Of a stretch of 64,000 bases of DNA, positions 21,221 through 32,378 are shown piece after piece (position 1 is the stretch's first letter; every line of letters starts with the position of its first letter). Source of the stretch: Nitrospirota bacterium (GTDB lineage Bacteria; Nitrospirota; Thermodesulfovibrionia; Thermodesulfovibrionales; Dissulfurispiraceae); the NCBI GenBank assembly GCA_040754455.1, contig JBFMCP010000003.1:65115-129114 (forward strand), read 5' to 3'. The translations under genes and the position numbers were made by a program. A model generated the notes under the pieces. That model saw only the letters and a program-made list of their open reading frames with translations. It did no database searches and was not told where the DNA came from.

Positions 21221-21470
21221 TGAATGACCTTGAAGTGAGCGAATTTATGATCAGGCCTCAATTTGGCGTACCAGGTAGATTCCATGAGGGACTGACGGCG
21301 GTTGGTTGGAGGGATAACAGAACATCCTCGCCTGCAATTCATCCCAAAGAAATGCGAGCATTATCCTTTAGAGGAAGTCGAAGAGCCTAGGTACAGAAGG
21401 CTTTAGCTATCTCAAAAGGAAGCATAAGCTGTGCGAAGCGGCCAACTTATGGGTGGAGTGACACAAAAAT

Positions 21471-21547
21471 TGGTGGCGGTGCAGGGAATCGAACCCCGGA
21501 CACTGCGAATATGAGTCGCATGCTCTAACCAGCTGAGCTACACCGCC
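21471..21547 (-). tRNA. tRNA-Met (CAT), probably elongator
   Basis: GGCGGTGTAGCTCAGCTGGTTAGAGCA-TGCGA-CTCATAT-TCGCA...GGTTCGATTCC...ACCA cloverleaf, 77 nt. Confidence 0.95.
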
Positions 21548-21631
21548 TCGATAGCCGTTCTGAACTTATTATTATAGCAGACCGGCAAAAACGATAGCAA
21601 TAATGGCAAGGAGCCAGACAGAAGACAGATA

Positions 21632-22396
21632 TCAGTAATGGCCGCTGATGAGCACGGCCTTCACCGAGCCGACGGCGACCTTGGTCTTGAGCATAACGGG
21701 AATGCGCCGCTTGTCGTCGGTAAGCCAGATAAGGATATCGCCTCGTCGGGAAAAAGTGCCTTCCGATTTGATGAGCGGCTTTATGAGAATAGTGTTGACC
21801 GCTCCTGCCGGCGTTTCGACGACCTCCTTCCTCAGGACCTGAATCTCTGTCTTATAGATCTTTTTACTGTCCACCACGTCAATGTAGACCGGCTTGCCCA
21901 CCTCGAGGGGGAGCGTCCTTATATAATAAAAGCTCGAGAGCGGGTCCAGCACCTGGCCTTTCAGTGAGTACTGCCTTTTCTCCTTGTCGAGGTGGTTTAT
22001 ATAGGTCACTTTCTTTGCCGACTGGTCGATGATAAGCTCCTTGTCCCTGCGGTACCTCCCTTCTCTCAGTCTGATCCTGTAATTGTAGGGGACTCCTACA
22101 AAATGCTTGAATATCCCTGCAGAAGGCCCCTGCGTGAGCGTACTTACCACGAGATCATCCACTTTGTAAAAGAGAGAGACCCAGCCCGCGGAGCTTGCCT
22201 TTGATATGAATTGAAGAGCGGTGCCGCTGTTTTTTATTTCCAGAACAGCTTCTCCGGCCTTGATGCCTCCCCAGGTAAGGTCATAGCGCAGCACTTCGGG
22301 CACGGTAAGGGCATGGGAGGCGGAAACGGTGAGAACAAATGCTGCAACGGTGGCAATGCCGATGGCTTTACCGATTATCGAATGGTATTTGCTCAT
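21632..22396 (-). CDS. DUF3108 family exported protein
   Basis: E.L.Y.L.W.GI.AG.A, DPLS.FY, WLTDD.RRIPV..K.KV.VGS; start codon uncertain. Confidence 0.8.
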   Translation of the reverse strand: MSKYHSIIGKAIGIATVAAFVLTVSASHALTVPEVLRYDLTWGGIKAGEAVLEIKNSGTALQFISKASSAGWVSLFYKVDDLVVSTLTQGPSAGIFKHFVGVPYNYRIRLREGRYRRDKELIIDQSAKKVTYINHLDKEKRQYSLKGQVLDPLSSFYYIRTLPLEVGKPVYIDVVDSKKIYKTEIQVLRKEVVETPAGAVNTILIKPLIKSEGTFSRRGDILIWLTDDKRRIPVMLKTKVAVGSVKAVLISGHY

Positions 22397-22459
22397 TATA
22401 GTGCATAAAAGAGAGGGCTTTTTCTCGTCGACCGCTCTTTCATTATGTTATATTAATCT

Positions 22460-23182
22460 ATGTTGGTAATTCCAGCCATAGACCTGAAGGGCGGCCTGTG
22501 TGTCAGGCTCCTCCAGGGGAGGAAGGAAGACGCTACCGTCTATTCCGATGACCCCGCCGCAACCGCCCGGAAGTGGGAATCCTACGGAGCAAAGCTCCTG
22601 CACGTGGTCGACCTCGACGGCGCCTTTACCGGAGATCAGAAGAATCTCGAGAGCATCCAGAGGATCAGAGGGGCTGTGTCAATGGGAATTGAAGTGGGCG
22701 GCGGCATACGGGATATGCAGCGGATCGATACGCTTATCGGGCTCGGCATCGATAGAGTAATCCTCGGCACCGTCGCCGTCGAGAATCCCGAGCTGGTGCA
22801 GATGGCCTGCACAAAATATCCCGGGAGGGTGCTGGTCGGCATTGATGCGAAGAACGGCCTCGTCGCAGTAAAGGGATGGGTTGAGGTTACCCAGGTCTCG
22901 GCAAAGGAACTTGCCCTCAGGATGCAGGGATATGGCGCCGCAGGAATCATTTACACCGATATTGCAAAAGACGGCATGATGACCGGGCCGAATATCGAGG
23001 GCACCCGCGAGATGGTTGAGACCCTCCGCATTCCTGTTATCGCGTCAGGCGGAATTTCATCCCTCGATGATATTAAAAAACTGTTGCAAATACAGGGGCT
23101 GTGGGGCGCGATTACCGGCAAGGCGCTCTACTCGGGCTCACTCGACTTAGGCGAAGCAATAAAGCTCACGACAGGCGGTTAG
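22460..23182 (+). CDS. hisA: ProFAR isomerase HisA
   Basis: [40 protein letters not shown]. Confidence 0.98.
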   Translation: MLVIPAIDLKGGLCVRLLQGRKEDATVYSDDPAATARKWESYGAKLLHVVDLDGAFTGDQKNLESIQRIRGAVSMGIEVGGGIRDMQRIDTLIGLGIDRVILGTVAVENPELVQMACTKYPGRVLVGIDAKNGLVAVKGWVEVTQVSAKELALRMQGYGAAGIIYTDIAKDGMMTGPNIEGTREMVETLRIPVIASGGISSLDDIKKLLQIQGLWGAITGKALYSGSLDLGEAIKLTTGG

Positions 23183-23186
23183 TAGT

Positions 23187-24044
23187 ATGTTGGCGAAAAG
23201 AATTATTCCCTGCCTCGATGTGCGGGACGGCCGTGTGGTGAAGGGCGTCAATTTCGTGAATATCAGGGATGCGGGAGATCCGGTCGAGAATGCCATCTAC
23301 TATGACGAGCAGGGCGCTGACGAGCTGGTGTTCCTCGATATCACCGCTTCCCATGAAAAGAGAAAGATCATCCTCGATGTTGTGGAGAAGACGGCAACCG
23401 ACGTCTTCATGCCCTTGACCGTAGGCGGCGGTATTAAAGGCCTCGATGATATCAGGGATCTGCTCAATGCCGGATGCGACAAGGTCTCTATCAATACCAC
23501 GGCGGTGAACGATCCTGAATTCATCAGAAGAGGGGCCGAACGTTTCGGCAGCCAGTGTATCGTGGTTGCCATCGATGCAAAACGAGTCCATGATTCGCGA
23601 TTCGAAATCGACCGGTCGCGAGAAGTGCCCCCGTGGCTTAAAGATGCTCGGAATGCGCTCAAGGAGCGGCTGCTGATCACCGATCCATCCCGAAAATCCT
23701 GGGAGGTTTATACGCATGGCGGCAGGAAACCAAAGGGAATCAACGCGGTACAGTGGGCGCGGTACATGGAAGAGCTGGGAGCCGGCGAAATTCTCCTTAC
23801 GAGCATGGACAGGGACGGCACAAAGGACGGCTACGATCTGGAGCTTACCAGGGCGATCTCCGAAGCGGTCTCGATCCCGGTGATCGCCTCCGGGGGTGTC
23901 GGTAATCTCGAGCACCTCTATGAAGGCATTGTTGAAGGAAAGGCGGATGCAGCTCTGGCTGCCTCGATCTTCCACTACCGGGAATATACCATCAGAGAGG
24001 CGAAGGAGTATCTCAGGTCAAAGGGCGTACCGGTCAGGCTTTAG
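23187..24044 (+). CDS. hisF: imidazole glycerol phosphate synthase cyclase subunit, with internal insertion
   Basis: [40 protein letters not shown]. Confidence 0.98.
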   Translation: MLAKRIIPCLDVRDGRVVKGVNFVNIRDAGDPVENAIYYDEQGADELVFLDITASHEKRKIILDVVEKTATDVFMPLTVGGGIKGLDDIRDLLNAGCDKVSINTTAVNDPEFIRRGAERFGSQCIVVAIDAKRVHDSRFEIDRSREVPPWLKDARNALKERLLITDPSRKSWEVYTHGGRKPKGINAVQWARYMEELGAGEILLTSMDRDGTKDGYDLELTRAISEAVSIPVIASGGVGNLEHLYEGIVEGKADAALAASIFHYREYTIREAKEYLRSKGVPVRL

Positions 24045-24427
24045 AGCTTCAATACTGCCTTTATCTTGCTGCTCAGCAGATCAATCGTGAGCGGCTTTAT
24101 GACGTAATCAGTGACTCCCAGCTCCTTGGCCTCGAGAATCGCTTCCCTCTCTCTCTTTGCCGTCACCATTATGAAAGGCATTGCGCTTATGGCAGAGGAG
24201 TGGTGATTTCTCATCCAGCGCAGCAGCTCGTTGCCCTTGATATCGGGCATCTCCCAGTCGCAGAGGATAAGATCAGGGGGAGCAATCTCCATCTTCTTTT
24301 GAGCATCCGCACCGTTGTTCGCAACATCTACCTCGATATCTGGAAAAATCTTTCTAATAAAGCTTACAATCATATCTCTCATAAAGAGCATGTCTTCAAC
24401 AACGAGAACTCTATACTTCTTTTTCAT
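24041..24427 (-). CDS. single-domain response regulator (CheY-like)
   Basis: [29 protein letters not shown]. Confidence 0.93.
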   Translation of the reverse strand: MKKKYRVLVVEDMLFMRDMIVSFIRKIFPDIEVDVANNGADAQKKMEIAPPDLILCDWEMPDIKGNELLRWMRNHHSSAISAMPFIMVTAKREREAILEAKELGVTDYVIKPLTIDLLSSKIKAVLKL

Positions 24428-24465
24428 CCCTCTCCTCCCGGTCCATGTCGCACTTCATTATGAGA

Positions 24466-27063
24466 TCACTGTTTCAGAATCGATTGTATCCCCTGCTCAA
24501 CTTCTTTGAGAGCGACTGAAAATGATTCATAAAGCACCTTGGCGTTATCCCACTCCCCTGCTTTGGCTGCCTGCTCAATCTGCATGCTTATGTGCGCTGC
24601 TCTGTCGGCAGCTATGTTGGCGCTCGCCCCTTTGATCGAATGGGCCCGTGCTGCCGCTGTCACGCTGTCACGCCGCTCAAGGGCATCCTCCATTTCTTTG
24701 CACAGGGGAAGGACTGAAGATAAATAGAGCTGCAGGAGTCGCTGTATAAGCTCCCTGTCGCTCCCGAACATCTCGTACAGCTGATCGGTATTAATGGGTC
24801 GCCCTGCAGGGCTGCCGGGGATCTGTTCATTTTTTGCGGCACACGGCTTTTTCTCATGCTGTCCTGCTGCAGCAGTCCTCTGTTTGGTCCAGCGACTAAT
24901 GACTTCTCTCAAGCGATCAGGGTGGACCGGTTTGCTGATGTAGTCATCCATCCCGGCAGCAAGGCATCGCTCACGGTCGCCTTGCAGGGCATGAGCCGTC
25001 ATTGCGATGACGGGAACACGGCGGCCTCCGACGCCTTCAGCTGCTCGAATCGCTTTCGTAGCCTCAAACCCGTCCATCTCGGGCATCTGACAATCCATAA
25101 GGACGATGTCATAGGACTTTTTCTGTAATTCATCGAGCGCCTCCTTTCCGTTGGCTGCAATGACGACCGTACAGCCGAGGGTCTCCAGTATGTGGCGCGC
25201 CACTTCCTGATTGACGAGATTGTCTTCGGCAACAAGCACCCTGAGAGGAGCGACAGTTGTCCCCCGCAGTTCTCCCTGGAGCATATGCCCTTCTGCCTGT
25301 CCGTCGTTCTCCACCACATCGGTAGTGGCGAGCGCCTGATAAAGCTGCCGCAGGCGGAGCGGCTTATAGAGATAGCTCGCAATAGTGCCGCTCTGGCGCA
25401 GCTGTTTACAGCGGTCAAAAGAGCTCGACGAGGCCAACAGTATCACCTTAACAGGGGAGAGAAGAGGGTCTGATGTGATAAGGTCGACCAGCTCGAAGCC
25501 GCTCATATCCTGCATTTGTGCATCAATGATCGCATAATCGTACCGCTTGCCGCTCTGTCCGGCTTTTCGCAGCAGCTCCAATCCCTGACGTCCGCTCTCT
25601 GCACTCTCGGCTATAGCCCCCTGCGAGGTCACCGCAGTGCGCAGCAGGGCACACAGCGCTGCATTGTCGTCGACAATCAGCAGACGCTTCCCTTTTGGCA
25701 GAGAGGGAAAGGCCGGCGGTTCCTTCGGCTGTTTTTCGAGACGGACGGTAAACCAGACGGTAGTTCCCTTGCCGGGCTCACTCTCCATGCCGATCTTCCC
25801 CCCGAACATCTCGACAAGCTGCTTTGAAATGGTGAGACCCAATCCCGTTCCTCCGTATTTCCGCGTCGTTGAACCGTCTGCCTGGGTAAAGGGCTGGAAC
25901 AGCTTGCTGCATTTCTCCGGGGCAATACCGATGCCCGTGTCAGCAATCTCACACCGCAGAAGAACGGACCGTTCGGTTTCTTCAGCACGGCTTACCACAA
26001 TCGTAACCTCTCCCCGCTCGGTAAACTTGATCGCATTGCTCACAAGATTGGTGATGATCTGCTGCAGGCGCACGGGGTCGCCGCACAGCGCTGTCGGAAC
26101 ATCGGGCGGAATGTAGTACAGCAGATCGAGGTTCTTCTTGCTCACCAGTTCGGTAAAAATATCGGCGATATTCTCCATAATCACATGCAGGTCGAAATCA
26201 ATATGCTCAAGCTTGAGCTTGCCTGCCTCGATCTTCGAAAAATCGAGTATGTCGTTGATGATCTCGAGGAGTACCTCGCCGGAAGTGCGAATCGTCATCG
26301 CGAAGTTCTGCTGAATATCGGAAAGCTCCGTGTTCATCAGCAAATGGGTCATGCCGATAATGCCGTTCAACGGTGTTCGTATCTCATGGCTCATATTGGC
26401 AAGAAATTGGGACTTTGCTTCATTCGCAACCTCTGCTTGCTCTCTCGCCTTTTGAAGCTCCTGCGTCCGCTTCTGGACCTCCCGCTCGAGGTCCAGATTT
26501 TGATTCCGCAGAAGTCCGTACAGCTCCGAGCTCTCGATCAGATAGGCGACATTGCGGAGCGTTATGGAGAGGATGTACAGGGAGGGATCATTGACCCGGA
26601 ATTCACTATCTTTCACAATGCCGCAGAACATTCCCCTGATCCTCAATTTTGTCGAGATCACATGAAGCACCAGCGAGCAGCCGGGGCGTTGTGAGGGGAC
26701 AATGACCGGACGGTTCTGGTTCAGCGCCCAGGCAAAGGTCCCGTCCTTGATTTTAGCGTCCACCTCTTCCTGAACAGACGCCTTTTCCGATGCAGGAATG
26801 CAGTCCGCCATAGCAAAATCGGAGCTCGTCTCGTCGAGGGTAAAAAAGGCAATGGTCTGGAAGGGAAGGACCCTCAGCAACTGTTCGTGCGCTGCCTTGA
26901 TAATAGAGGGGATATCGCTGTCCTGCGCAATGCCCGACTGAAAATCACCGCTCGAGGTGATCATCTCGAGGGCATCGAGCAGGCGGCGGTTCACTGCTTC
27001 AAGGTGATCGCAGCGGGTCCGGAGGACCTCCATATGGCTCATATCATTCGGGATATCGCTCAT
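24466..27063 (-). CDS. hybrid sensor histidine kinase (GAF-like, HisKA, HATPase, REC, REC, Hpt)
   Basis: [34 protein letters not shown], two REC domains, AHSIKGAS; start coupled to the upstream stop (ATGA). Confidence 0.95.
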   Translation of the reverse strand: MSDIPNDMSHMEVLRTRCDHLEAVNRRLLDALEMITSSGDFQSGIAQDSDIPSIIKAAHEQLLRVLPFQTIAFFTLDETSSDFAMADCIPASEKASVQEEVDAKIKDGTFAWALNQNRPVIVPSQRPGCSLVLHVISTKLRIRGMFCGIVKDSEFRVNDPSLYILSITLRNVAYLIESSELYGLLRNQNLDLEREVQKRTQELQKAREQAEVANEAKSQFLANMSHEIRTPLNGIIGMTHLLMNTELSDIQQNFAMTIRTSGEVLLEIINDILDFSKIEAGKLKLEHIDFDLHVIMENIADIFTELVSKKNLDLLYYIPPDVPTALCGDPVRLQQIITNLVSNAIKFTERGEVTIVVSRAEETERSVLLRCEIADTGIGIAPEKCSKLFQPFTQADGSTTRKYGGTGLGLTISKQLVEMFGGKIGMESEPGKGTTVWFTVRLEKQPKEPPAFPSLPKGKRLLIVDDNAALCALLRTAVTSQGAIAESAESGRQGLELLRKAGQSGKRYDYAIIDAQMQDMSGFELVDLITSDPLLSPVKVILLASSSSFDRCKQLRQSGTIASYLYKPLRLRQLYQALATTDVVENDGQAEGHMLQGELRGTTVAPLRVLVAEDNLVNQEVARHILETLGCTVVIAANGKEALDELQKKSYDIVLMDCQMPEMDGFEATKAIRAAEGVGGRRVPVIAMTAHALQGDRERCLAAGMDDYISKPVHPDRLREVISRWTKQRTAAAGQHEKKPCAAKNEQIPGSPAGRPINTDQLYEMFGSDRELIQRLLQLYLSSVLPLCKEMEDALERRDSVTAAARAHSIKGASANIAADRAAHISMQIEQAAKAGEWDNAKVLYESFSVALKEVEQGIQSILKQ

Positions 27064-27917
27064 TGTTGCGGCTCTGTATGGATGAGTTGGATTGCGGCGA
27101 CAAACTGCCTCTCCGCCTGATCGATCGTAGGGGCCAACTGGCTCGGAGAGAGGGCAAGCTTCTCCCATGCTTTTGCATCGAGCGGCGGCATGCTTGCCTC
27201 TCCGCTGCTCCCCAGTTGAAGGGCGTGCGCAATAATATCAGCAACATGCACCGCTGCCGCTTCTGCAGGGAAATGTTTTGCACGTGATGGTGCATGGTGC
27301 GTAGCGACCATTTCGATCAGACTGAGCGGCAGTTTCCATTCTTTCAACAAGTGCTCTCCCACATCAGCATGATCAAATCCTATGACCTCACGCTCTGCCT
27401 TGTAAAGAATCTCTTTGCGCTCCTTGCAGCGAACCAGCGCCTCCCGTGCGGCATCGGGGAGCTTGGTATAAATGACCAGTCGCCCGATATCATGCAGGAT
27501 GCCGGCCACAAAGAAGCGCTCCACATTCGCTTCGCGCCGGTAAATGGCCAGTATGCGGGCGATGACGCCGGAGGCAATGCTGTGGTACCAGAACGCTTCC
27601 ATGGTGATGAGGTCTTTGGGTATGCCCTTGAACATGTTCATGACCGATGTTGCCAGGACAAGGTCGAGGATCTGCTGGGTCCCGATGACGGTTACCGCTT
27701 TGGTAATGGTCTCTATTTTCGAGGGGAAGGCGTAAAACGGGCTGTTTGCCAATCTGAGCAGGCGCGCTGTCAGACCCTGGTCCTCGCCGATGATCTTTCC
27801 AATATCCATAACGGAACTGTATGGATTGTTCACCACCTCGTTCAATCTCAAGGCAACCATCGGCAGCGACGAGACCTGAACATCCCCTTTTACAAGATCA
27901 GCGGGCTTCGCTGTCAT
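27060..27917 (-). CDS. HDOD domain protein
   Basis: [39 protein letters not shown]. Confidence 0.93.
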   Translation of the reverse strand: MTAKPADLVKGDVQVSSLPMVALRLNEVVNNPYSSVMDIGKIIGEDQGLTARLLRLANSPFYAFPSKIETITKAVTVIGTQQILDLVLATSVMNMFKGIPKDLITMEAFWYHSIASGVIARILAIYRREANVERFFVAGILHDIGRLVIYTKLPDAAREALVRCKERKEILYKAEREVIGFDHADVGEHLLKEWKLPLSLIEMVATHHAPSRAKHFPAEAAAVHVADIIAHALQLGSSGEASMPPLDAKAWEKLALSPSQLAPTIDQAERQFVAAIQLIHTEPQQ

Positions 27918-28261
27918 TGGCCTCCCTTTCCGGCGAGGCGGCGGATTTTCCTCAGCGTACAGAAACGGAACAGCTCTTTGATGGCGGGGTGATGGCGATC
28001 ATTATGGCGGAAGAGATCATTGAGCTCGACATCTATATTTCGGAGGACCTGAGGGTCGACATTTTCAGTAGGATCCGGGACGACTTGCTCTTCGGTGATG
28101 CCGTGAATATCGACCTCGGTAATCCCCCACGTCCTGAAAATATGGAGATGCCTCTCTGTAATTTCGATGCCTGCGTTCAACAGGAGCCGGCCGTTGCGAT
28201 CCTTGACATCGCTGTTGAGCTTCATCCCGGGCTTCACATAATCGATACCGATAGTCGCCAT
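27914..28261 (-). CDS. small hypothetical protein (KPGM.L..DV...GR.LL type domain often fused to HD-GYP/HDOD proteins)
   Basis: VKPGMKLNSDVKDRNGRLLLNAG..ITERHL.IFRTWGI; coupled to the HDOD gene. Confidence 0.75.
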   Translation of the reverse strand: MATIGIDYVKPGMKLNSDVKDRNGRLLLNAGIEITERHLHIFRTWGITEVDIHGITEEQVVPDPTENVDPQVLRNIDVELNDLFRHNDRHHPAIKELFRFCTLRKIRRLAGKGGQ

Positions 28262-28394
28262 TTTTAATATCGTTGGATTTCAACACGCCTCTTCCACAAA
28301 GTTGCCCTGTCATACAGAGGGAGTGGAAGTTTTTTACTTTTTATCGGATTTTTTCGGAAAAACTATAGAGCGGGTAAGAACTACACGTGCGCAC

Positions 28395-29405
28395 TTATCT
28401 GGAGGGCACGATCATGGTATGGCTGCAATCCAGGGCCATAGCAGGATGCACAGTGATGGTGAAGGTCGCTCCGTCTTTAGCAACAGAGACATCGACCGAA
28501 TCCAGCGTTTTTGCATCGGAATAGCGGGCGCACAACGTGGCAGCACGTGTCAACGCCTCATCCGACACTTCTCCATAGATGAGCGTCAGCGGGCTCCCGT
28601 GCCCCTCGACCCACAGGAGATAGTCACCGCTTCCGGCGAGTGACTCAATCGCCCTATTTTCGATATCGTTCCTGCCTACTACCGCCTTGCACCTCTCCGA
28701 GAGTCTGAAGTGGCGTCCGACACGCAGGAGCTGTATCTCCCGGAGAGGAGGAGAGGGAGTGTGCTGCAGCAGTTCTCTCAATCTAAGGGAGTAGATCGGG
28801 TCCGTCAAAAGGCAGCCTCCGGCAGGGGGGGGATAATCGGTCAGGCCGAACTCCCGTGCCAGGGCAATCTGGGGCTTCCTCGATCGGCCATGAAAATTGC
28901 AAAGCTGCTCTCTATCCACAAGCCCCTGTTGTTCGGGAATGGTCGGTTTGAGCAGTTTGGCGCTGAGCGGTCTCAGGATGTAGCCTTCGAGCCCCGCTTC
29001 CTTATCGATCCTGGGGAAGGTATCTTTCCTCTGGCTCATGGGCCGCTGCCCCAGCACCTCGCCGGTGATAATGAAATCTGCACTGCGCATACGCATGAGC
29101 TCTTTTGCCTCTCTCAGCATCAGTATCCTGCAATCCATGCAGGGGTTCATGTTCTTGCCGTGGCCGAACTTCGGATGCTTTACGATCTCGATGAATTTGT
29201 CGGCGAGATGGCAGAGCTTCACCTCGAACCCGAACTGCGCTGCGGCGGCAAAAGGATTTTTCGAGCAGGATGACCGGTCGGACGTATCGCAGCCGAAATG
29301 GGTCAGAAAGGTGACGGCCGTCACCTCGATCCCCTGCCGCATGGCAACGAGGATAGCGAGGGTGCTGTCGAGGCCGCCTGAATATAATGCAATCGCTTGA
29401 GCCAT
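28395..29405 (-). CDS. PP-loop tRNA thiolation enzyme (ThiI/MnmA-like)
   Basis: SGGLDS, NPC.DCR, TGEVLGQRPMSQ, GRSRK.Q, PAGGCLLT, GRHFRL. Confidence 0.85.
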   Translation of the reverse strand: MAQAIALYSGGLDSTLAILVAMRQGIEVTAVTFLTHFGCDTSDRSSCSKNPFAAAAQFGFEVKLCHLADKFIEIVKHPKFGHGKNMNPCMDCRILMLREAKELMRMRSADFIITGEVLGQRPMSQRKDTFPRIDKEAGLEGYILRPLSAKLLKPTIPEQQGLVDREQLCNFHGRSRKPQIALAREFGLTDYPPPAGGCLLTDPIYSLRLRELLQHTPSPPLREIQLLRVGRHFRLSERCKAVVGRNDIENRAIESLAGSGDYLLWVEGHGSPLTLIYGEVSDEALTRAATLCARYSDAKTLDSVDVSVAKDGATFTITVHPAMALDCSHTMIVPSR

Positions 29406-29419
29406 ATTATTTATACTAC

Positions 29420-29547
29420 CAAATTCCAAATTCAACATCTCAAACTATAAACACATTCAGGAATAAAGATGTTTTGCATTTTTAAGCATTCGAGCTTGTT
29501 TGGATTTTAGAATTTTGTGTTTGTTTGAGATTTGAGATTTGGAATTT
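29420..29547. repeat. heptamer-periodic hairpin (CAAATYY type)
   Basis: CAAATTC CAAATTC AACATCT CAAAC ... TTTGAGA TTTGAGA TTTGGAA TTT. Confidence 0.75.
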
Positions 29548-30535
29548 ACGTGCGTTTGCTTTCTGTAAGTGATCGTAACAGCAAATCGGGAGTTGCGACG
29601 GCCGTCCCCACCTCACCGACGACAATGCCGGCTGCATGGTTCGCCATGATCGCCGCATTCTTGTGCGATGCCCCGGCGGTATGGGCAAGGGTGAATGTTG
29701 CAATAACCGTGTCGCCCGCTCCGGTGACATCGAAGACCTTCTTTGCGACCGTCGGGATATGCGTTATCATGACCTCCTTCGCCCTGCCCCGCTCGAAAAG
29801 ACTCATGCCTTCTTCACCGCGGGTGATGAGCACCGATTTGCACGAGAGCCTGCTCAGCAGTGTCTTTCCTGCCTTTATCAGGCTCTCCTCACTCTTGATC
29901 TCGATGCCCGATCCCTGGGATGCCTCCATGAGGTTCGGCGTAATAAGCGAGACCTTTTTATACAAATGGAAATGCCCCACCTTGGGGTCAACGGCAATAA
30001 AGGTAGTATTCTGGCGGGCCGCGTTGACAAGCACTCGAATCAGCTCAGCTGAGACGACCCCCTTTTTATAATCAGACACGATAACCGCGTCATGCTCCTT
30101 TATCGCCTTCTTAACGAACTCGAGGAGCTGCGTAAGGCTTTTCCCCTCGAGCTTCCTCTTATCCTCCCTATCAAATCTCACGACCTGCTGATGGTGGGCA
30201 ATGACCCGCGCCTTTACTGTTGTGGGACGTTTGTCCTCGATCACGCCGTCGATGGCAACCCGCTTCTCTTCCAGCAATTCCTTCAGAATCCTTCCCGCAG
30301 TATCTTTGCCGACAATCCCTGCAATCGATGCCGTTCCGCCCAGGGCAATAACATTATTGGCTACATTTGTGGCGCCGCCCAGGAGGAAGGTCTCGTTCAC
30401 CACATCGACGACCGGCACAGGCGCCTCGGGAGAAATTCTGCTGACCTTGCCGAAGATATACCGGTCGAGGATCAGATCGCCGATGATGAGTATCTTTTTA
30501 TTCCTGAAGGAATTGATAATGCCAGCAAAGCCCAT
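29546..30535 (-). CDS. rfaE1: D-glycero-beta-D-manno-heptose-7-phosphate kinase (RfaE domain I)
   Basis: GDLILD, RISPEAPVPVV, SDY.KG, VDPK, TPN..EA, DVTGAGDT. Confidence 0.95.
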   Translation of the reverse strand: MGFAGIINSFRNKKILIIGDLILDRYIFGKVSRISPEAPVPVVDVVNETFLLGGATNVANNVIALGGTASIAGIVGKDTAGRILKELLEEKRVAIDGVIEDKRPTTVKARVIAHHQQVVRFDREDKRKLEGKSLTQLLEFVKKAIKEHDAVIVSDYKKGVVSAELIRVLVNAARQNTTFIAVDPKVGHFHLYKKVSLITPNLMEASQGSGIEIKSEESLIKAGKTLLSRLSCKSVLITRGEEGMSLFERGRAKEVMITHIPTVAKKVFDVTGAGDTVIATFTLAHTAGASHKNAAIMANHAAGIVVGEVGTAVATPDLLLRSLTESKRT

Positions 30536-30637
30536 CTAACAAAATAACTTATAGCGCGAACCGGTTGCAAGTAGGGAGGCTGCAAGGTGTCGTAAATTTG
30601 ACTTTTGCCGGCGGGATTGTATAATCTTTATAGAATT

Positions 30638-31258
30638 ATGGAGTATTCAGCGTTTCAGTTAATTCTTCAAGCAGGATATGTTGTCAAGGCAGTCTTAGCG
30701 ATCCTCTTCCTCTTTTCCGTCGTATCGTGGGCGATCATTTTTCACAAATGGCGCCACTTTGCGAAGGCGGACCAGGAGACCCATGATTTTCTGAGGGCCT
30801 ACGAGGCGACGCAGCATCCAAAAGATCTCTTTGCACCGGCAAAAAAATATCTGGTCAGTCCGCTTGCAAGCCTCTTCAAATCAGTTTACTCGGAAAAAAC
30901 CTACACTGACCGTGAGGAGCTGAAGAGAATGCTCAGGCGCTACTCCACTCTCGAAGCGACCAAGCTGCAACGCTACCTCAACTTCCTCGCCACCACCGGC
31001 TCGACAACGCCATTCATAGGACTCTTCGGAACGGTCTGGGGCATCATGAACGCCTTCAGGGGAATCGGAAGCGCCGGCTCCGCCTCGCTCGCGGTGGTCG
31101 CTCCCGGCATTGCCGAAGCGTTGATCACCACTGCCGTCGGCCTCGCTGCAGCGATTCCTGCGGTTATCGCCTACAACTACTACCTGAGCAGGTCCAATCG
31201 CATGATCATCGATATGGAAGACTTTTCAGAAGAACTCGTCGACTACATTATCAAATAG
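30638..31258 (+). CDS. tolQ: TolQ
   Basis: FLATTGSTTPFIGLFGTVWGIM, VAPGIAEAL..TA.GL.AAIPA. Confidence 0.93.
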   Translation: MEYSAFQLILQAGYVVKAVLAILFLFSVVSWAIIFHKWRHFAKADQETHDFLRAYEATQHPKDLFAPAKKYLVSPLASLFKSVYSEKTYTDREELKRMLRRYSTLEATKLQRYLNFLATTGSTTPFIGLFGTVWGIMNAFRGIGSAGSASLAVVAPGIAEALITTAVGLAAAIPAVIAYNYYLSRSNRMIIDMEDFSEELVDYIIK

Positions 31259-31266
31259 CATCAGGA

Positions 31267-31668
31267 ATGAAACTCAACCGAAATAGGACGGTTCTCTCGG
31301 AGATCAATGTCACTCCGCTCGTCGACGTCATGCTCGTGCTGCTCATCATCTTCATGGTTACCGCGCCTCTGCTCCAGCAGGGCGTTGATGTGAATCTGCC
31401 CAAAGCAAAGGGCAAGGACCTGCCGCCGGAAGAGAGAGTCTCTATTGTGCTCAAAAAAGGCGGCTCGATCTTCATGAACGATACGCCCGTCACCATGGCG
31501 GAGCTGACGAAAAAGCTCTCGGCGATCAGCAAGCTCAACCCCAATGTCTTTCTCAAGGCGGACAAAGACGTCCCCTACGGGATGGTCGTAGAAGTAATGG
31601 GTGAAATTAAGGAGGCAGGCATTGAAAAGCTCGGCATGATCACCGAGCCGAAGATCGCACTGCCATGA
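31267..31668 (+). CDS. tolR: TolR
   Basis: EINVTPLVDVMLVLLIIFMVTAP, LKADK.VPYG. Confidence 0.93.
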   Translation: MKLNRNRTVLSEINVTPLVDVMLVLLIIFMVTAPLLQQGVDVNLPKAKGKDLPPEERVSIVLKKGGSIFMNDTPVTMAELTKKLSAISKLNPNVFLKADKDVPYGMVVEVMGEIKEAGIEKLGMITEPKIALP

Positions 31669-32378
31669 AGAGCTCCGGTATTCAGGCGGACCTTCTCTAT
31701 TCTCTCCTTTTTCATATCCTCTCTCTCGTTATCGCAATCATTATTGCAAAAAACACCTTCACCATGAGAGCATCCGCTCCCTATGTGGTATCGCTTATTG
31801 ACAGCGCCACCCTTTCTGCGCCGGGCGGTGTCCGGGAGGAGAATGCATCGACCTCTGATGCATCTCCACAAAATAATGTCGAGCAGTCGGCTCCTGAAAC
31901 TACCCGTGTTGTCACCGAAGCCCCAAAAAAATTATCCAAGAAGGAGGACGACGCCCTGGTGAGCGACCGCATTGCCGCGCTCCGTGCAAAGAAAAAAATA
32001 GAACGGATGGCAGCCCTCAGGAAAATCGTTGACATCGGGGGTGCCCGGAAGAGTGTTTCCTCCAGGGCGACTTCAGCAGCCTCCGGTGCAAAAGCCGGCA
32101 GCACGGATACCGGAAGCGTGACGGGCGGCGGCGATTACTATTCGTTGGTGCAGAGCAAAATCCGTCAGCAGTGGGTATTTCCCGAAACCATCGAAAGGGA
32201 TATGGAAACCGTCATCTCGATTAAAATAGCAAGAGATGGAAAAGTTACCATCGACAGAATCGAAAAAAGCTCCGGGAATCCGCTCTTCGACCGATCTGTC
32301 GTCAGGGCGATCATGAATGCAAGCCCCCTCCCGCAACCGTTTCACGATATGGAAATAGGAGTGAGATTCAGACCATGA
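31665..32378 (+). CDS. tolA: TolA/TonB-C domain protein
   Basis: N-terminal TM, linker, Y...KIRQQW, SSGN.LFD.SV.RAI..ASPLP. Confidence 0.8.
   Translation: MKSSGIQADLLYSLLFHILSLVIAIIIAKNTFTMRASAPYVVSLIDSATLSAPGGVREENASTSDASPQNNVEQSAPETTRVVTEAPKKLSKKEDDALVSDRIAALRAKKKIERMAALRKIVDIGGARKSVSSRATSAASGAKAGSTDTGSVTGGGDYYSLVQSKIRQQWVFPETIERDMETVISIKIARDGKVTIDRIEKSSGNPLFDRSVVRAIMNASPLPQPFHDMEIGVRFRP

Larger units (their letters stand above)
20232..21487. mobile_element. small decayed genomic islet at the tRNA-Met 3' end, bounded by a direct repeat
   Basis: AAAAATTGGTGGC(A/G)GTGCAGGGA at 20232-20254 and 21465-21487 (22/23 identical), overlapping the tRNA 3' end. Confidence 0.7.
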
